DNA of 64,000 nucleotides from assembly GCF_009914755.1 (NCBI RefSeq), contig NC_060943.1. One strand, 5' to 3'. The stretch's first letter is position 1; every line of letters starts with the position of its first letter. The notes under the pieces were generated by a model. That model worked only from the letters and a program-made list of their open reading frames with translations, made no database searches and was not told the origin of the DNA. Made by a program: the position numbers and the translations under genes. This DNA comes from the human T2T-CHM13v2.0 reference genome, Homo sapiens. Of the stretch, positions 53,254-64,000 are shown piece by piece.

Positions 53254-55859
53254 CTCTTTGAGGCCTTCGTTGGAAACGGGATTTCTTCATATTATGCTAG
53301 ACAGAAGGATTCTCAGTAACTTCCTTGTGTTGTGTGTATTCAACTCACAGAGTTGAACGATCCTTTACACAGAGCAGACTTGAAACACTCTTTTTGTGGA
53401 ATTTGCAAGTGGAGATTTCAGCCGCTTTGAGGTCAATGGTAGAAAAGGAGATATCTTCGTATAAAAACTAGACAGAATGATTCTCAGAAACTCCTTTGTG
53501 ATGTGTGCGTTCAACTCACAGAGTTTAACCTTTCTTTTCATAGAGCAGTTAGGAAACACTCTGTTTGTAAAGTCTGCAAGTGGATATTCAGACCTCTTTG
53601 AGGCCTTCGTTGGAAACGGGATTTCTTCATATTATGCTAGACAGAAGAATTCTCAGTAACTTCCTTGTGTTTTGTGTATTCAACTCACAGAGTTGAACGA
53701 TCCTTTACACAGAGCAGACTTGAAACACTCTTTTTGTGGTATTTGCAAGTGGAGATTTCAGCCGCTTTGAGGTCAAAGTTAGAAAAGGAATTATCTTCGT
53801 ATAAAAACTAGACAGAATGATTCTGAGAAACTCCTTTGTGATGTGTGCATTCAACTCACAGAGTTTAACCTTTCTTTTCATAGAGCAGTTAGGAAACACT
53901 CTGTTTGTAAAGTCTGCAAGTGGATATTCAGACCTCCTTGAGGCCTTCGTTGGAAACGGGATTTCTTCATATTATGCTAGACAGAAGAATTCTCAGTAAC
54001 TTCCTTGTGTTGTGTGTATTCAACTCACAGAGTTGAACGATCCTTTACACAGAGCAGACTTGAAACACCCTTTTTGTGGAATTTGCAAGTGGAGATTTCA
54101 GCCTCTTTGAGGTCAATGGTAGAATAGGAAATATCTTCCTATAGAAACTAGACAGAATGATTGTCAGAAACTCCTTTGTGATGTGTGCGTTCAACTCACA
54201 GAGTTTAACCTTCCTTTTCATAGAGCAGTTAGGAAACACTCTGTTTGTAAAGTCTGAAAGTGGATATTCAGACATCCTTGAGGCTTTCGTTGGAAACGGG
54301 ATTTCTTCATATTCTGCTAGAAAGAAGAATTCTCAGTAACTTCCTTGTGTTGTGTGTATTCAACTCACAGACTTGAATGATCCTTTACACAGAACAGTCT
54401 TGAAAGACTCTTTTTGTGGAATTTGCAAGTGGAGATTTCAGCCACTTTGAGGTCAATGGTAGAATAGGAAATATCTTCCTATAGAAACTAGACAGAATGA
54501 TTCTCAGAAACTCCTTTGTGATGTGTGCGTTCAACTCACAGAGTTTAACCTTTCTTTTCATAGAGCAGTTAGGAAACACTCTGTTTGTAAAGTCTGCAAG
54601 TGGATATTCAGACATCCTTGAGGCTTTCGTTGGAAACGGGATTTCTTCATATTCTGCTAGAAAGAAGAATTCTCAGTAACTTCCTTGTGTTGTGTGTATT
54701 CAACTCACAGAGTTGAATGATCCTTTACACAGAACAGTCTTGAAACACTCTTTTTGTGGAATTTGGAAGTGGAGATTTCAGCCGCTTTGAGGTCAATGGT
54801 AGAATAGGAAATATCTTCCTATAGAAACTAGACAGAATGATTCTCAGAAACTCCTTTGTGATGTGGGCGTTGAACTCACAGAGTTTAACCTTTCTTTTCA
54901 TAGAGCAGTTAGGAAACACTCTGTTTGTAAAGTCTGCAAGTGGATATTCAGACATCTTTGAGGCTTTCGTTGGAAACGGGATTTCTTCATATTCTGATAT
55001 ACAGAAGAATTCTCAGAAACTTCCTTGTGTTGTGTGTATTCAACTCACAGAGTTGAACGATCGTTTACACAGAGCAGACTTGAGACACTCTTTTTGTGGA
55101 ATTTGTAAGTGGAGATTTCAGCCGCTTTGAGGTCAATGGTAGAAAAGGAAATATCTTCATATAAAAATTAGACAGAATGATTCTCAGAAACTCCTTTGTG
55201 ATGTGTGCGTTCAACTCACAGAGTTTAACCTTTCTTTTCATAGAGCAGTTAGGAAACACTCTGTTTGTAAAGTCTGCAAGTGGATATTCAGACCTCTTTG
55301 AGACCTTCGTTGGAAACGGGATTTCTTCATATTATGCTAGACAGAAGAATTCTCAGTAACTTCCTTGTGTTGTGTGTATTCAACTCACAGAGTTGAACGA
55401 TCCTTTACACAGAGCAGACTTGAAACACTCTTTTTGTGGAATTTGCAAGTGGAGATTTCAGCCGCTTTGAGGTCAATGGTAGAAAAGGAAATATCTTCCT
55501 ATAGAAACTAGACAGAATGATTCTCAGAAACTCCTTTGTGATGTGTGCGTTCAACTCACAGAGTTCAACCTTTCTTTTCATAGAGCAGTTGGGAAACACT
55601 CTGTTTGTAAAGTCTGCAAGTGGATATTCAGACTTCTTTGAGGCCTTCGTTGGAAGCGGGATTTCTTCATATTCTGCTAGACAGAAGAATTCTCAGTAAC
55701 TTCCTTGTGTTGTGTGTATTCAACTCACAGAGTTGAATGATCCTTTACACAGAACAGACTTGAAACACTCTTGTTGTGGAATTTTCAAGTGGAGATTTCA
55801 GCCGCCTTGAGGTCAACAGTAGAATAGGTAATATCTTCCTATAGAAACTAGACAGAATG

Positions 55860-58800
55860 ATTCTCAGAAACTCCTTTGTGATGTGTGCGTTCAACTCACA
55901 GAGTTTAACCTTTCTTTTCATAGAGCAGTTAGGAAACACTCTGTTTGTAAAGTCTGCAAGTGGATATTCAGACCTCCTTGAGGCCTTCGTTGGAAACGGG
56001 ATTTCTTCATATTATGCTAGACAGAAGAATTCTCAGTAACTTCCTTGTGTTGTGTGTATTCAACTCACAGAGTTGAACGATCCTTTACACAGAGCAGACT
56101 TGAAACACTCTTTTTGTGGAATTTGCAAGTGGAGATTTCAGCCGCTTTGAGGTCAATGGTAGAATAGGAAATATCTTCCTATAGAAACTAGACAGAATGA
56201 TTCTCAGAAACTCCTTTGTGATGTGTGCGTTCAACTCACAGAGTTTAACCTTTCTTTTCATAGAGCAGTTAGGAAACACTCTGTTTGTAAAGTCTGCAAG
56301 TGGATATTCAGACCTCTTTGAGGCCTTCGTTGGAAACGGGATTTCTTCATATTATGCTAGACAGAAGGATTCTCAGTAACTTCCTTGTGTTGTGTGTATT
56401 CAACTCACAGAGTTGAACGATCCTTTACACAGAGCAGACTTGAAACACTCTTTTTGTGGAATTTGCAAGTGGAGATTTCAGCCGCTTTGAGGTCAATGGT
56501 AGAAAAGGAGATATCTTCGTATAAAAACTAGACAGAATGATTCTCAGAAAGTCCTTTGTGATGTGTGCGTTCAACTCACAGAGTTTAACCTTTCTTTTCA
56601 TAGAGTAGTTAGGAAACACTCTGTTTGTAAAGTCTGCAAGTGGATATTCAGACTTCTTTGAGGCCTTCGTTGGAAACGGGATTTCTTCATATTATGCTAG
56701 ACAGAAGAATTCTCAGTAACTTCCTTGTGTTGTGTGTATTCAACTCACAGAGTTGAACGATCCTTTACACAGAGCAGACTTGCAACACTCTTTTTGTGGT
56801 ATTTGCAAGTGGAGATTTCAGCCGCTTTGAGGTCAATGTTAGAAAAGGAAATATCTTCGTATAAAAACTAGACAGAATGATTCTGAGAAACTCCTTTGTG
56901 ATGTGTGCGTTCAACTCACAGAGTTTAACCTTTCTTTTCATAGAGCAGTTAGGAAACACTCTGTTTGTAAAGTCTGCAAGTGGATATTCAGACCTCCTTG
57001 AGGCCTTCGTTGGAAACGGGATTTCTTCATATTATGCTAGACAGAAGAATTCTCAGTAACTTCCTTGTGTTGTGTGTATTCAACTCACAGAGTTGAACGA
57101 TCCTTTACACAGAGCAGACTTGAAACACTCTTTTTGTGGAATTTGCAAGTGGAGATTTCAGCCGCTTTGAGGTCAATGGTAGAATAGGAAATATCTTCCT
57201 ATAGAAACTAGACAGAATGATTCTCAGAAACTCCTTTGTGATGTGTGCGTTCAACTCACAGAGTTTAACCTTTCTTTTCATAGAGCAGTTAGGAAACACT
57301 CTGTTTGTAAAGTCTGCAAGTGGATATTCAGACATCCTTGAGGCTTTCGTTGGAAACGGGATTTCTTCATATTCTGCTAGAAAGAAGAATTCTCAGTAAC
57401 TTCCTTGTGTTGTGTGTATTCAACTCACAGAGTTGAATGATCCTTTACACAGAACAGTCTTGAAACACTCTTTTTGTGGAATTTGCAAGTGGAGATTTCA
57501 GCCGCTTTGAGGTCAATGGTAGAATAGGAAATATCTTCCTATAGAAACTAGACAGAATGATTCTCAGAAACTCCTTTGTGATGTGGGCGTTCAACTCACA
57601 GAGTTTAACCTTTCTTTTCATAGAGCAGTTAGGAAACACTCTGTTTGTAAAGTCTGCAAGTGGATATTCAGACATCTTTGAGGCTTTCGTTGGAAACGGG
57701 ATTTCTTCCTATTCTGATATACAGAAGAATTCTCAGAAACTTCCTTGTGTTGTGTGTATTCAACTCACAGAGTTGAACGATCGTTTACACAGAGCAGACT
57801 TGAGACACTCTTTTTGTGGAATTTGTAAGTGGAGATTTCAGCCGCTTTGAGGTCAATGGTAGAAAAGGAAATATCTTCATATACAAACTAGACAGAATGA
57901 TTCTCAGAAACTCCTTTGTGATGTGTGCGTTCAACTCACAGAGTTTAACCTTTCTTTTCATAGAGCAGTTAGGAAACACTCTGTTTGTAAAGTCTGCAAG
58001 TGGATATTCAGACCTCTTTGAGACCTTCGTTGGAAACGGGATTTCTTCATATTATGCTAGACAGAAGAATTCTCAGTAACTTCCTTGTGTTGTGTGTATT
58101 CAACTCACAGAGTTGAACGATCCTTTACACAGAGCAGACTTGAAACACTCTTTTTGTGGAATTTGCAAGTGGAGATTTCTGCCGCTTTGAGGTCAATGGT
58201 AGAATAGGAAATATCTTCCTATAGAAACTAGACAGAATGATTCTCAGAAACTCCTTTGTGATGTGTGCGTTCAACTCACAGAGTTTTACCTTTCTTTTCA
58301 TAGAGCAGTTAGGAAACACTCTGTTTGTAAAGTCTGCAAGTGGATATTCAGACCTCTTTGAGGCCTTCGTTGGAAACGGGATTTCTTCATATTATGCTAG
58401 ACGGAAGGATTCTCAGTAACTTCCTTGTGTTGTGTGTATTCAACTCACAGAGTTGAACGATCCTTTACACAGAGCAGACTTGAAACACTCTTTTTGTGGA
58501 ATTTGCAAGTGGAGATTTCAGCCGCTTTGAGGTCAAAGGTAGAAAAGGAGATATCTTCGTATAAAAACTAGACAGAATGATTCTCAGAAACTCCTTTGTG
58601 ATGTGTGCGTTCAACTCACAGAGTTTAACCTTTCTTTTCATAGAGCAGTTAGGAAACACTCTGTTTGTAAAGTCTGCAAGTGGATATTCAGACCTCTTTG
58701 AGGCCTTCGTTGGAAACGGGATTTCTTCATATTATGCTAGACAGAAGAATTCTCAGTAACTTCCTTGTGTTGTGTGTATTCAACTCACAGAGTTGAACGA

Positions 58801-61800
58801 TCCTTTACACAGAGCAGACTTGAAACACTCTTTTTGTGGTATTTGCAAGTGGAGATTTCAGCCGCTTTGAGGTCAATGTTAGAAAAGGAAATATCTTCGT
58901 ATAAAAACTAGACAGAATGATTCTGAGAAACTCCTTTGTGATGTGTGCGTTCAACTCACAGAGTTTAACCTTTCTTTTCATAGAGCAGTTAGGAAACACT
59001 CTGTTTGTAAAGTCTGCAAGTGGATATTCAGACCTCCTTGAGGCCTTCGTTGGAAACGGGATTTCTTCATATTATGCTAGACAGAAGAATTCTCAGTAAC
59101 TTCCTTGTGTTGTGTGTATTCAACTCACAGAGTTGAACGATCGTTTACACAGAGCAGACTTGAAACACTCTTTTTGTGGAATTTGCAAGTGGAGATTTCA
59201 GCCGCTTTGAGGTCAATGGTAGAATAGGAAATATCTTCCTATAGAAACTAGACAGAATGATTCTCAGAAACTCCTTTGTGATGTGTGCGTTCAACTCACA
59301 GAGTTTAACCTTTCTTTTCATAGAGCAGTTAGGAAACACTCTGTTTGTAAAGTCTGCAAGTGGATATTCAGACCTCTTTGAGGCCTTCGTTGGAAACGGG
59401 ATTTCTTCATATTATGCTAGACAGAAGGATTCTCAGTAACTTCCTTGTGTTGTGTGTATTCAACTCACAGAGTTGAACGATCCTTTACACAGAGCAGACT
59501 TGAAACACTCTTTTTGTGGAATTTGCAAGTGGAGATTTCAGCCGCTTTGAGGTCAATAGTAGAAAAGGAGATATCTTCGTATAAAAACTAGACAGAATGA
59601 TTCTCAGAAACTCCTTTGTGATGTGTGCGTTCAACTCACAGAGTTTAACCTTTCTTTTCATAGAGCAGTTAGGAAACACTCTGTTTGTAAAGTCTGCAAG
59701 TGGATATTCAGACCTCTTTGAGGCCTTCGTTGGAAACGGGATTTCTTCATATTATGCTAGACAGAAGAATTCTCAGTAACTTCCTTGTGTTTTGTGTATT
59801 CAACTCACATAGTTGAACGATCCTTTACACAGAGCAGACTTGAAACACTCTTTTTGTGGTATTTGCAAGTGGAGATTTCAGCCACTTTGAGGTCAATGTT
59901 AGAAAAGGAAATATCTTCGTATAAAAACTAGACAGAATGATTCTGAGAAACTCCTTTGTGATGTGTGCATTCAACTCACAGAGTTTAACCTTTCTTTTCA
60001 TAGAGCAGTTAGGAAACACTCTGTTTGTAAAGTCTGCAAGTGGATATTCAGACCTCCTTGAGGCCTTCGTTGGAAACGGGATTTCTTCATATTATGCTAG
60101 ACAGAAGAATTCTCAGTAACTTCCTTGTGTTGTGTGTATTCAACTCACAGAGTTGAACGATCCTTTACACAGAGCAGACTTGAAACACTCTTTTTGTGGA
60201 ATTTGCAAGTGGAGATTTCAGCCGCTTTGAGGTCAATGGTAGAATAGGAAATATCTTCCTATAGAAACTAGACAGAATGATTCTCAGAAACTCCTTTGTG
60301 ATGTGTGCGTTCAACTCACAGAGTTTAACCTTTCTTTTCATAGAGCAGTTAGGAAACACTCTGTTTGTAAAGTCTGCAAGTGGATATTCAGACATCCTTG
60401 AGGCTTTCGTTGGAAACGGGATTTCTTCATATTCTGCTAGAAAGAAGAATTCTCAGTAACTTCCTTGTGTTGTGTGTATTCAACTCACAGAGTTGAATGA
60501 TCCTTTACACAGAACAGTCTTGAAACACTCTTTTTGTGGAATTTGGAAGTGGAGATTTCAGCCGCTTTGAGGTCAATGGTAGAATAGGAAATATCTTCCT
60601 ATAGAAACTAGACAGAATGATTCTCAGAAACTCCTTTGTGATGTGGGCGTTCAACTCACAGAGTTTAACCTTTCTTTTCATAGAGCAGTTAGGAAACACT
60701 CTGTTTGTAAAGTCTGCAAGTGGATATTCAGACATCTTTGAGGCTTTCGTTGGAAACGGGATTTCTTCATATTCTGATATACAGAAGAATTCTCAGAAAC
60801 TTCCTTGTGTTGTGTGTATTCAACTCACAGAGTTGAACGATCGTTTACACAGAGCAGACTTGAGACACTCTTTTTGTGGAATTTGTAAGTGGAGATTTCA
60901 GCCGCTTTGAGGTCAATGGTAGAAAAGGAAATATCTTCATATAAAAACTAGACAGAATGATTCTCAGAAACTCCTTTGTGATGTGTGCGTTCAACTCACA
61001 GAGTTTAACCTTTCTTTTCATAGAGCAGTTAGGAAACACTCTGTTTGTAAAGTCTGCAAGTGGATATTCAGACCTCTTTGAGACCTTCGTTGGAAACGGG
61101 ATTTCTTCATATTATGCTAGACAGAAGAATTCTCAGTAACTTCCTTGTGTTGTGTGTATTCAACTCACAGAGTTGAACGATCCTTTACACAGAGCAGACT
61201 TGAAACACTCTTTTTGTGGAATTTGCAAGTGGAGATTTCAGCCGCTTTGAGGTCAATGGTAGAAAAGGAAATATCTTCCTATAGAAACTAGACAGAATGA
61301 TTCTCAGAAACTCCTTTGTGATGTGTGCGTTCAACTCACAGAGTTTAACCTTTCTTTTCATAGAGCAGTTAGGAAACACTCTGTTTGTAAAGTCTGCAAG
61401 TGGATATTCAGACCTCCTTGAGGCCTTCGTTGGAAACGGGATTTCTTCATATTATGCTAGACAGAAGAATTCTCAGTAACTTCCTTGTGTTGTGTGTATT
61501 CAACTCACAGAGTTGAACGATCCTTTACACAGAGCAGACTTGAAACACTCTTTTTGTGGAATTTGCAAGTGGAGATTTCAGCCGCTTTGAGGTCAATGGT
61601 AGAATAGGAAATATCTTCCTATAGAAACTAGACAGAATGATTCTCAGAAACTCCTTTGTGATGTGTGCGTTCAACTCACAGAGTTTAACCTTTCTTTTCA
61701 TAGAGCAGTTAGGAAACACTCTGTTTGTAAAGTCTGCAAGTGGATATTCAGACCTCTTTGAGGCCTTCGTTGGAAACGGGATTTCTTCATATTATGCTAG

Positions 61801-63590
61801 ACAGAAGGATTCTCAGTAACTTCCTTGTGTTGTGTGTATTCAACTCACAGAGTTGAACGATCCTTTACACAGAGCAGACTTGAAACACTCTTTTTGTGGA
61901 ATTTGCAAGTGGAGATTTCAGCCGCTTTGAGGTCAATGGTAGAAAAGGAGATATCTTCGTATAAAAACTAGACAGAATGATTCTCAGAAAGTCCTTTGTG
62001 ATGTGTGCGTTCAACTCACAGAGTTTAACCTTTCTTTTCATAGAGTAGTTAGGAAACACTCTGTTTGTAAAGTCTGCAAGTGGATATTCAGACTTCTTTG
62101 AGGCCTTCGTTGGAAACGGGATTTCTTCATATTATGCTAGACAGAAGAATTCTCAGTAACTTCCTTGTGTTGTGTGTATTCAACTCACAGAGTTGAACGA
62201 TCCTTTACACAGAGCAGACTTGCAACACTCTTTTTGTGGTATTTGCAAGTGGAGATTTCAGCCGCTTTGAGGTCAATGTTAGAAAAGGAAATATCTTCGT
62301 ATAAAAACTAGACAGAATGATTCTGAGAAACTCCTTTGTGATGTGTGCGTTCAACTCACAGAGTTTAACCTTTCTTTTCATAGAGCAGTTAGGAAACACT
62401 CTGTTTGTAAAGTCTGCAAGTGGATATTCAGACCTCCTTGAGGCCTTCGTTGGAAACGGGATTTCTTCATATTATGCTAGACAGAAGAATTCTCAGTAAC
62501 TTCCTTGTGTTGTGTGTATTCAACTCACAGAGTTGAACGATCCTTTACACAGAGCAGACTTGAAACACTCTTTTTGTGGAATTTGCAAGTGGAGATTTCA
62601 GCCGCTTTGAGGTCAATGGTAGAATAGGAAATATCTTCCTATAGAAACTAGACAGAATGATTCTCAGAAACTCCTTTGTGATGTGTGCGTTCAACTCACA
62701 GAGTTTAACCTTTCTTTTCATAGAGCAGTTAGGAAACACTCTGTTTGTAAAGTCTGCAAGTGGATATTCAGACATCCTTGAGGCTTTCATTGGAAACGGG
62801 ATTTCTTCATATTCTGCTAGAAAGAAGAATTCTCAGTAACTTCCTTGTGTTGTGTGTATTCAACTCACAGAGTTGAATGATCCTTTACACAGAACAGTCT
62901 TGAAACACTCTTTTTGTGGAATTTGCAAGTGGAGATTTCAGCCGCTTTGAGGTCAATGGTAGAATAGGAAATATCTTCCTATAGAAACTAGACAGAATGA
63001 TTCTCAGAAACTCCTTTGTGATGTGGGCGTTCAACTCACAGAGTTTAACCTTTCTTTTCATAGAGCAGTTAGGAAACACTCTGTTTGTAAAGTCTGCAAG
63101 TGGATATTCAGACATCTTTGAGGCTTTCGTTGGAAACGGGATTTCTTCCTATTCTGATATACAGAAGAATTCTCAGAAACTTCCTTGTGTTGTGTGTATT
63201 CAACTCACAGAGTTGAACGATCGTTTACACAGAGCAGACTTGAGACACTCTTTTTGTGGAATTTGTAAGTGGAGATTTCAGCCGCTTTGAGGTCAATGGT
63301 AGAAAAGGAAATATCTTCATATACAAACTAGACAGAATGATTCTCAGAAACTCCTTTGTGATGTGTGCGTTCAACTCACAGAGTTTAACCTTTCTTTTCA
63401 TAGAGCAGTTAGGAAACACTCTGTTTGTAAAGTCTGCAAGTGGATATTCAGACCTCTTTGAGACCTTCGTTGGAAACGGGATTTCTTCATATTATGCTAG
63501 ACAGAAGAATTCTCAGTAACTTCCTTGTGTTGTGTGTATTCAACTCACAGAGTTGAACGATCCTTTACACAGAGCAGACTTGAAACACTC
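55860..63590 (+). repeat. About 2.3-kb block repeated at a 5,440-bp (16-dimer) offset (about 55860-58150 and 61300-63590)
   Basis: Private variants GAAAGTCC (56551/61991), AGAGTAGTT (56606/62046), TTGCAACAC (56783/62223), CTTCCTATTC (57709/63149) and ATACAAAC (57884/63324). Confidence 0.9.
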
Positions 63591-64000
63591 TTTTTGTGGA
63601 ATTTGCAAGTGGAGATTTCAGCCGCTTTGAGGTCAATGGTAGAAAAGGAAATATCTTCCTATAGAAACTAGACAGAATGATTCTCAGAAACTCCTTTGTG
63701 ATGTGTGCGTTCAACTCACAGAGTTCAACCTTTCTTTTCATAGAGCAGTTGGGAAACACTCTGTTTGTAAAGTCTGCAAGTGGATATTCAGACTTCTTTG
63801 AGGCCTTCGTTGGAAGCGGGATTTCTTCATATTCTGCTAGACAGAAGAATTCTCAGTAACTTCCTTGTGTTGTGTGTATTCAACTCACAGAGTTGAATGA
63901 TCCTTTACACAGAACAGACTTGAAACACTCTTGTTGTGGAATTTTCAAGTAGAGATTTCAGCCGCTTTGAGGTCAACGGTAGAATAGGTAATATCTTCCT

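Larger units (their letters stand above)
1..64000 (+). repeat. Centromeric alpha-satellite array, SF1 dimeric (J1/J2) 340-bp repeat, D1Z7/D5Z2/D19Z3-type (S1C1/5/19H1L); about 188 dimers / 376 monomers
   Basis: Continuous 340-bp periodicity: homologous positions 91 and 63677 differ by 187x340+6. Alphoid consensus motifs are present (GATTCTCAGAAACT, TTCAACTCACAGAGTT, GAAACACTCTTTTTGTGGAAT). A CENP-B box lies in every second monomer, and EcoRI GAATTC occurs once per dimer (261, 601, 941...), matching the classic 340-bp EcoRI dimer. Family assignment is from recalled consensus, not a search. Confidence 0.97.

Noticed and set aside
91-63859. Hundreds of 60-111 aa ORFs (MILRNSFVMCAFNSQ... on +, MFPNCSMKRKVKLC... 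on -)
   Set aside because: They recur every 340 bp as translations of the satellite, overlap on both strands, and are freely broken by stops and frameshifts. There is no recognisable domain and no gene structure. Database 'hypothetical proteins' like these are typically contamination or mis-annotation.
1-64000. CRISPR-like or other repeat-spacer array
   Set aside because: There are no unique spacers; the entire period is repeated, and there are no cas or other genes.
1-64000. L1/Alu insertion, inversion or non-satellite island
   Set aside because: The 340-bp phase and orientation are maintained throughout, with only 1-2 bp indels. I saw no poly-A tails, target-site duplications or foreign sequence.
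1-64000. Assignment to a specific chromosome (1 vs 5 vs 19) or to the kinetochore/CDR site
   Set aside because: These arrays are nearly identical. Assignment needs alignment to T2T assemblies, and the CDR is defined by methylation and CENP-A data that are not visible in sequence.

Overview
The whole 64-kb window is one uninterrupted, single-orientation array of primate (human-type) centromeric alpha satellite of suprachromosomal family 1 (J1/J2 dimer). It holds about 188 head-to-tail 340-bp dimers. Each dimer is a 169-bp monomer with a CENP-B box plus a 171-bp monomer with the pJalpha-type box, and has one EcoRI site. The sequence best matches the live dimeric array shared by human chromosomes 1, 5 and 19 (D1Z7/D5Z2/D19Z3, S1C1/5/19H1L); the chromosome cannot be fixed by eye. 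I found no genes, transposon insertions, inversions or CRISPR. All listed ORFs are periodic artefacts of the repeat. The real structure lies above the dimer level. Private variants define a 13-dimer (4,420-bp) super-repeat, recent tandem duplications of 1,020, 1,021 and 3,061 bp, and dispersed block copies at offsets of 10,542, 7,482 and 5,440 bp. There is also a divergent island at 3.0-4.6 kb, a cluster of broken CENP-B boxes at 32-44 kb, and an indel-free terminal domain. I see no evidence for a new biological system beyond this local array-evolution record.
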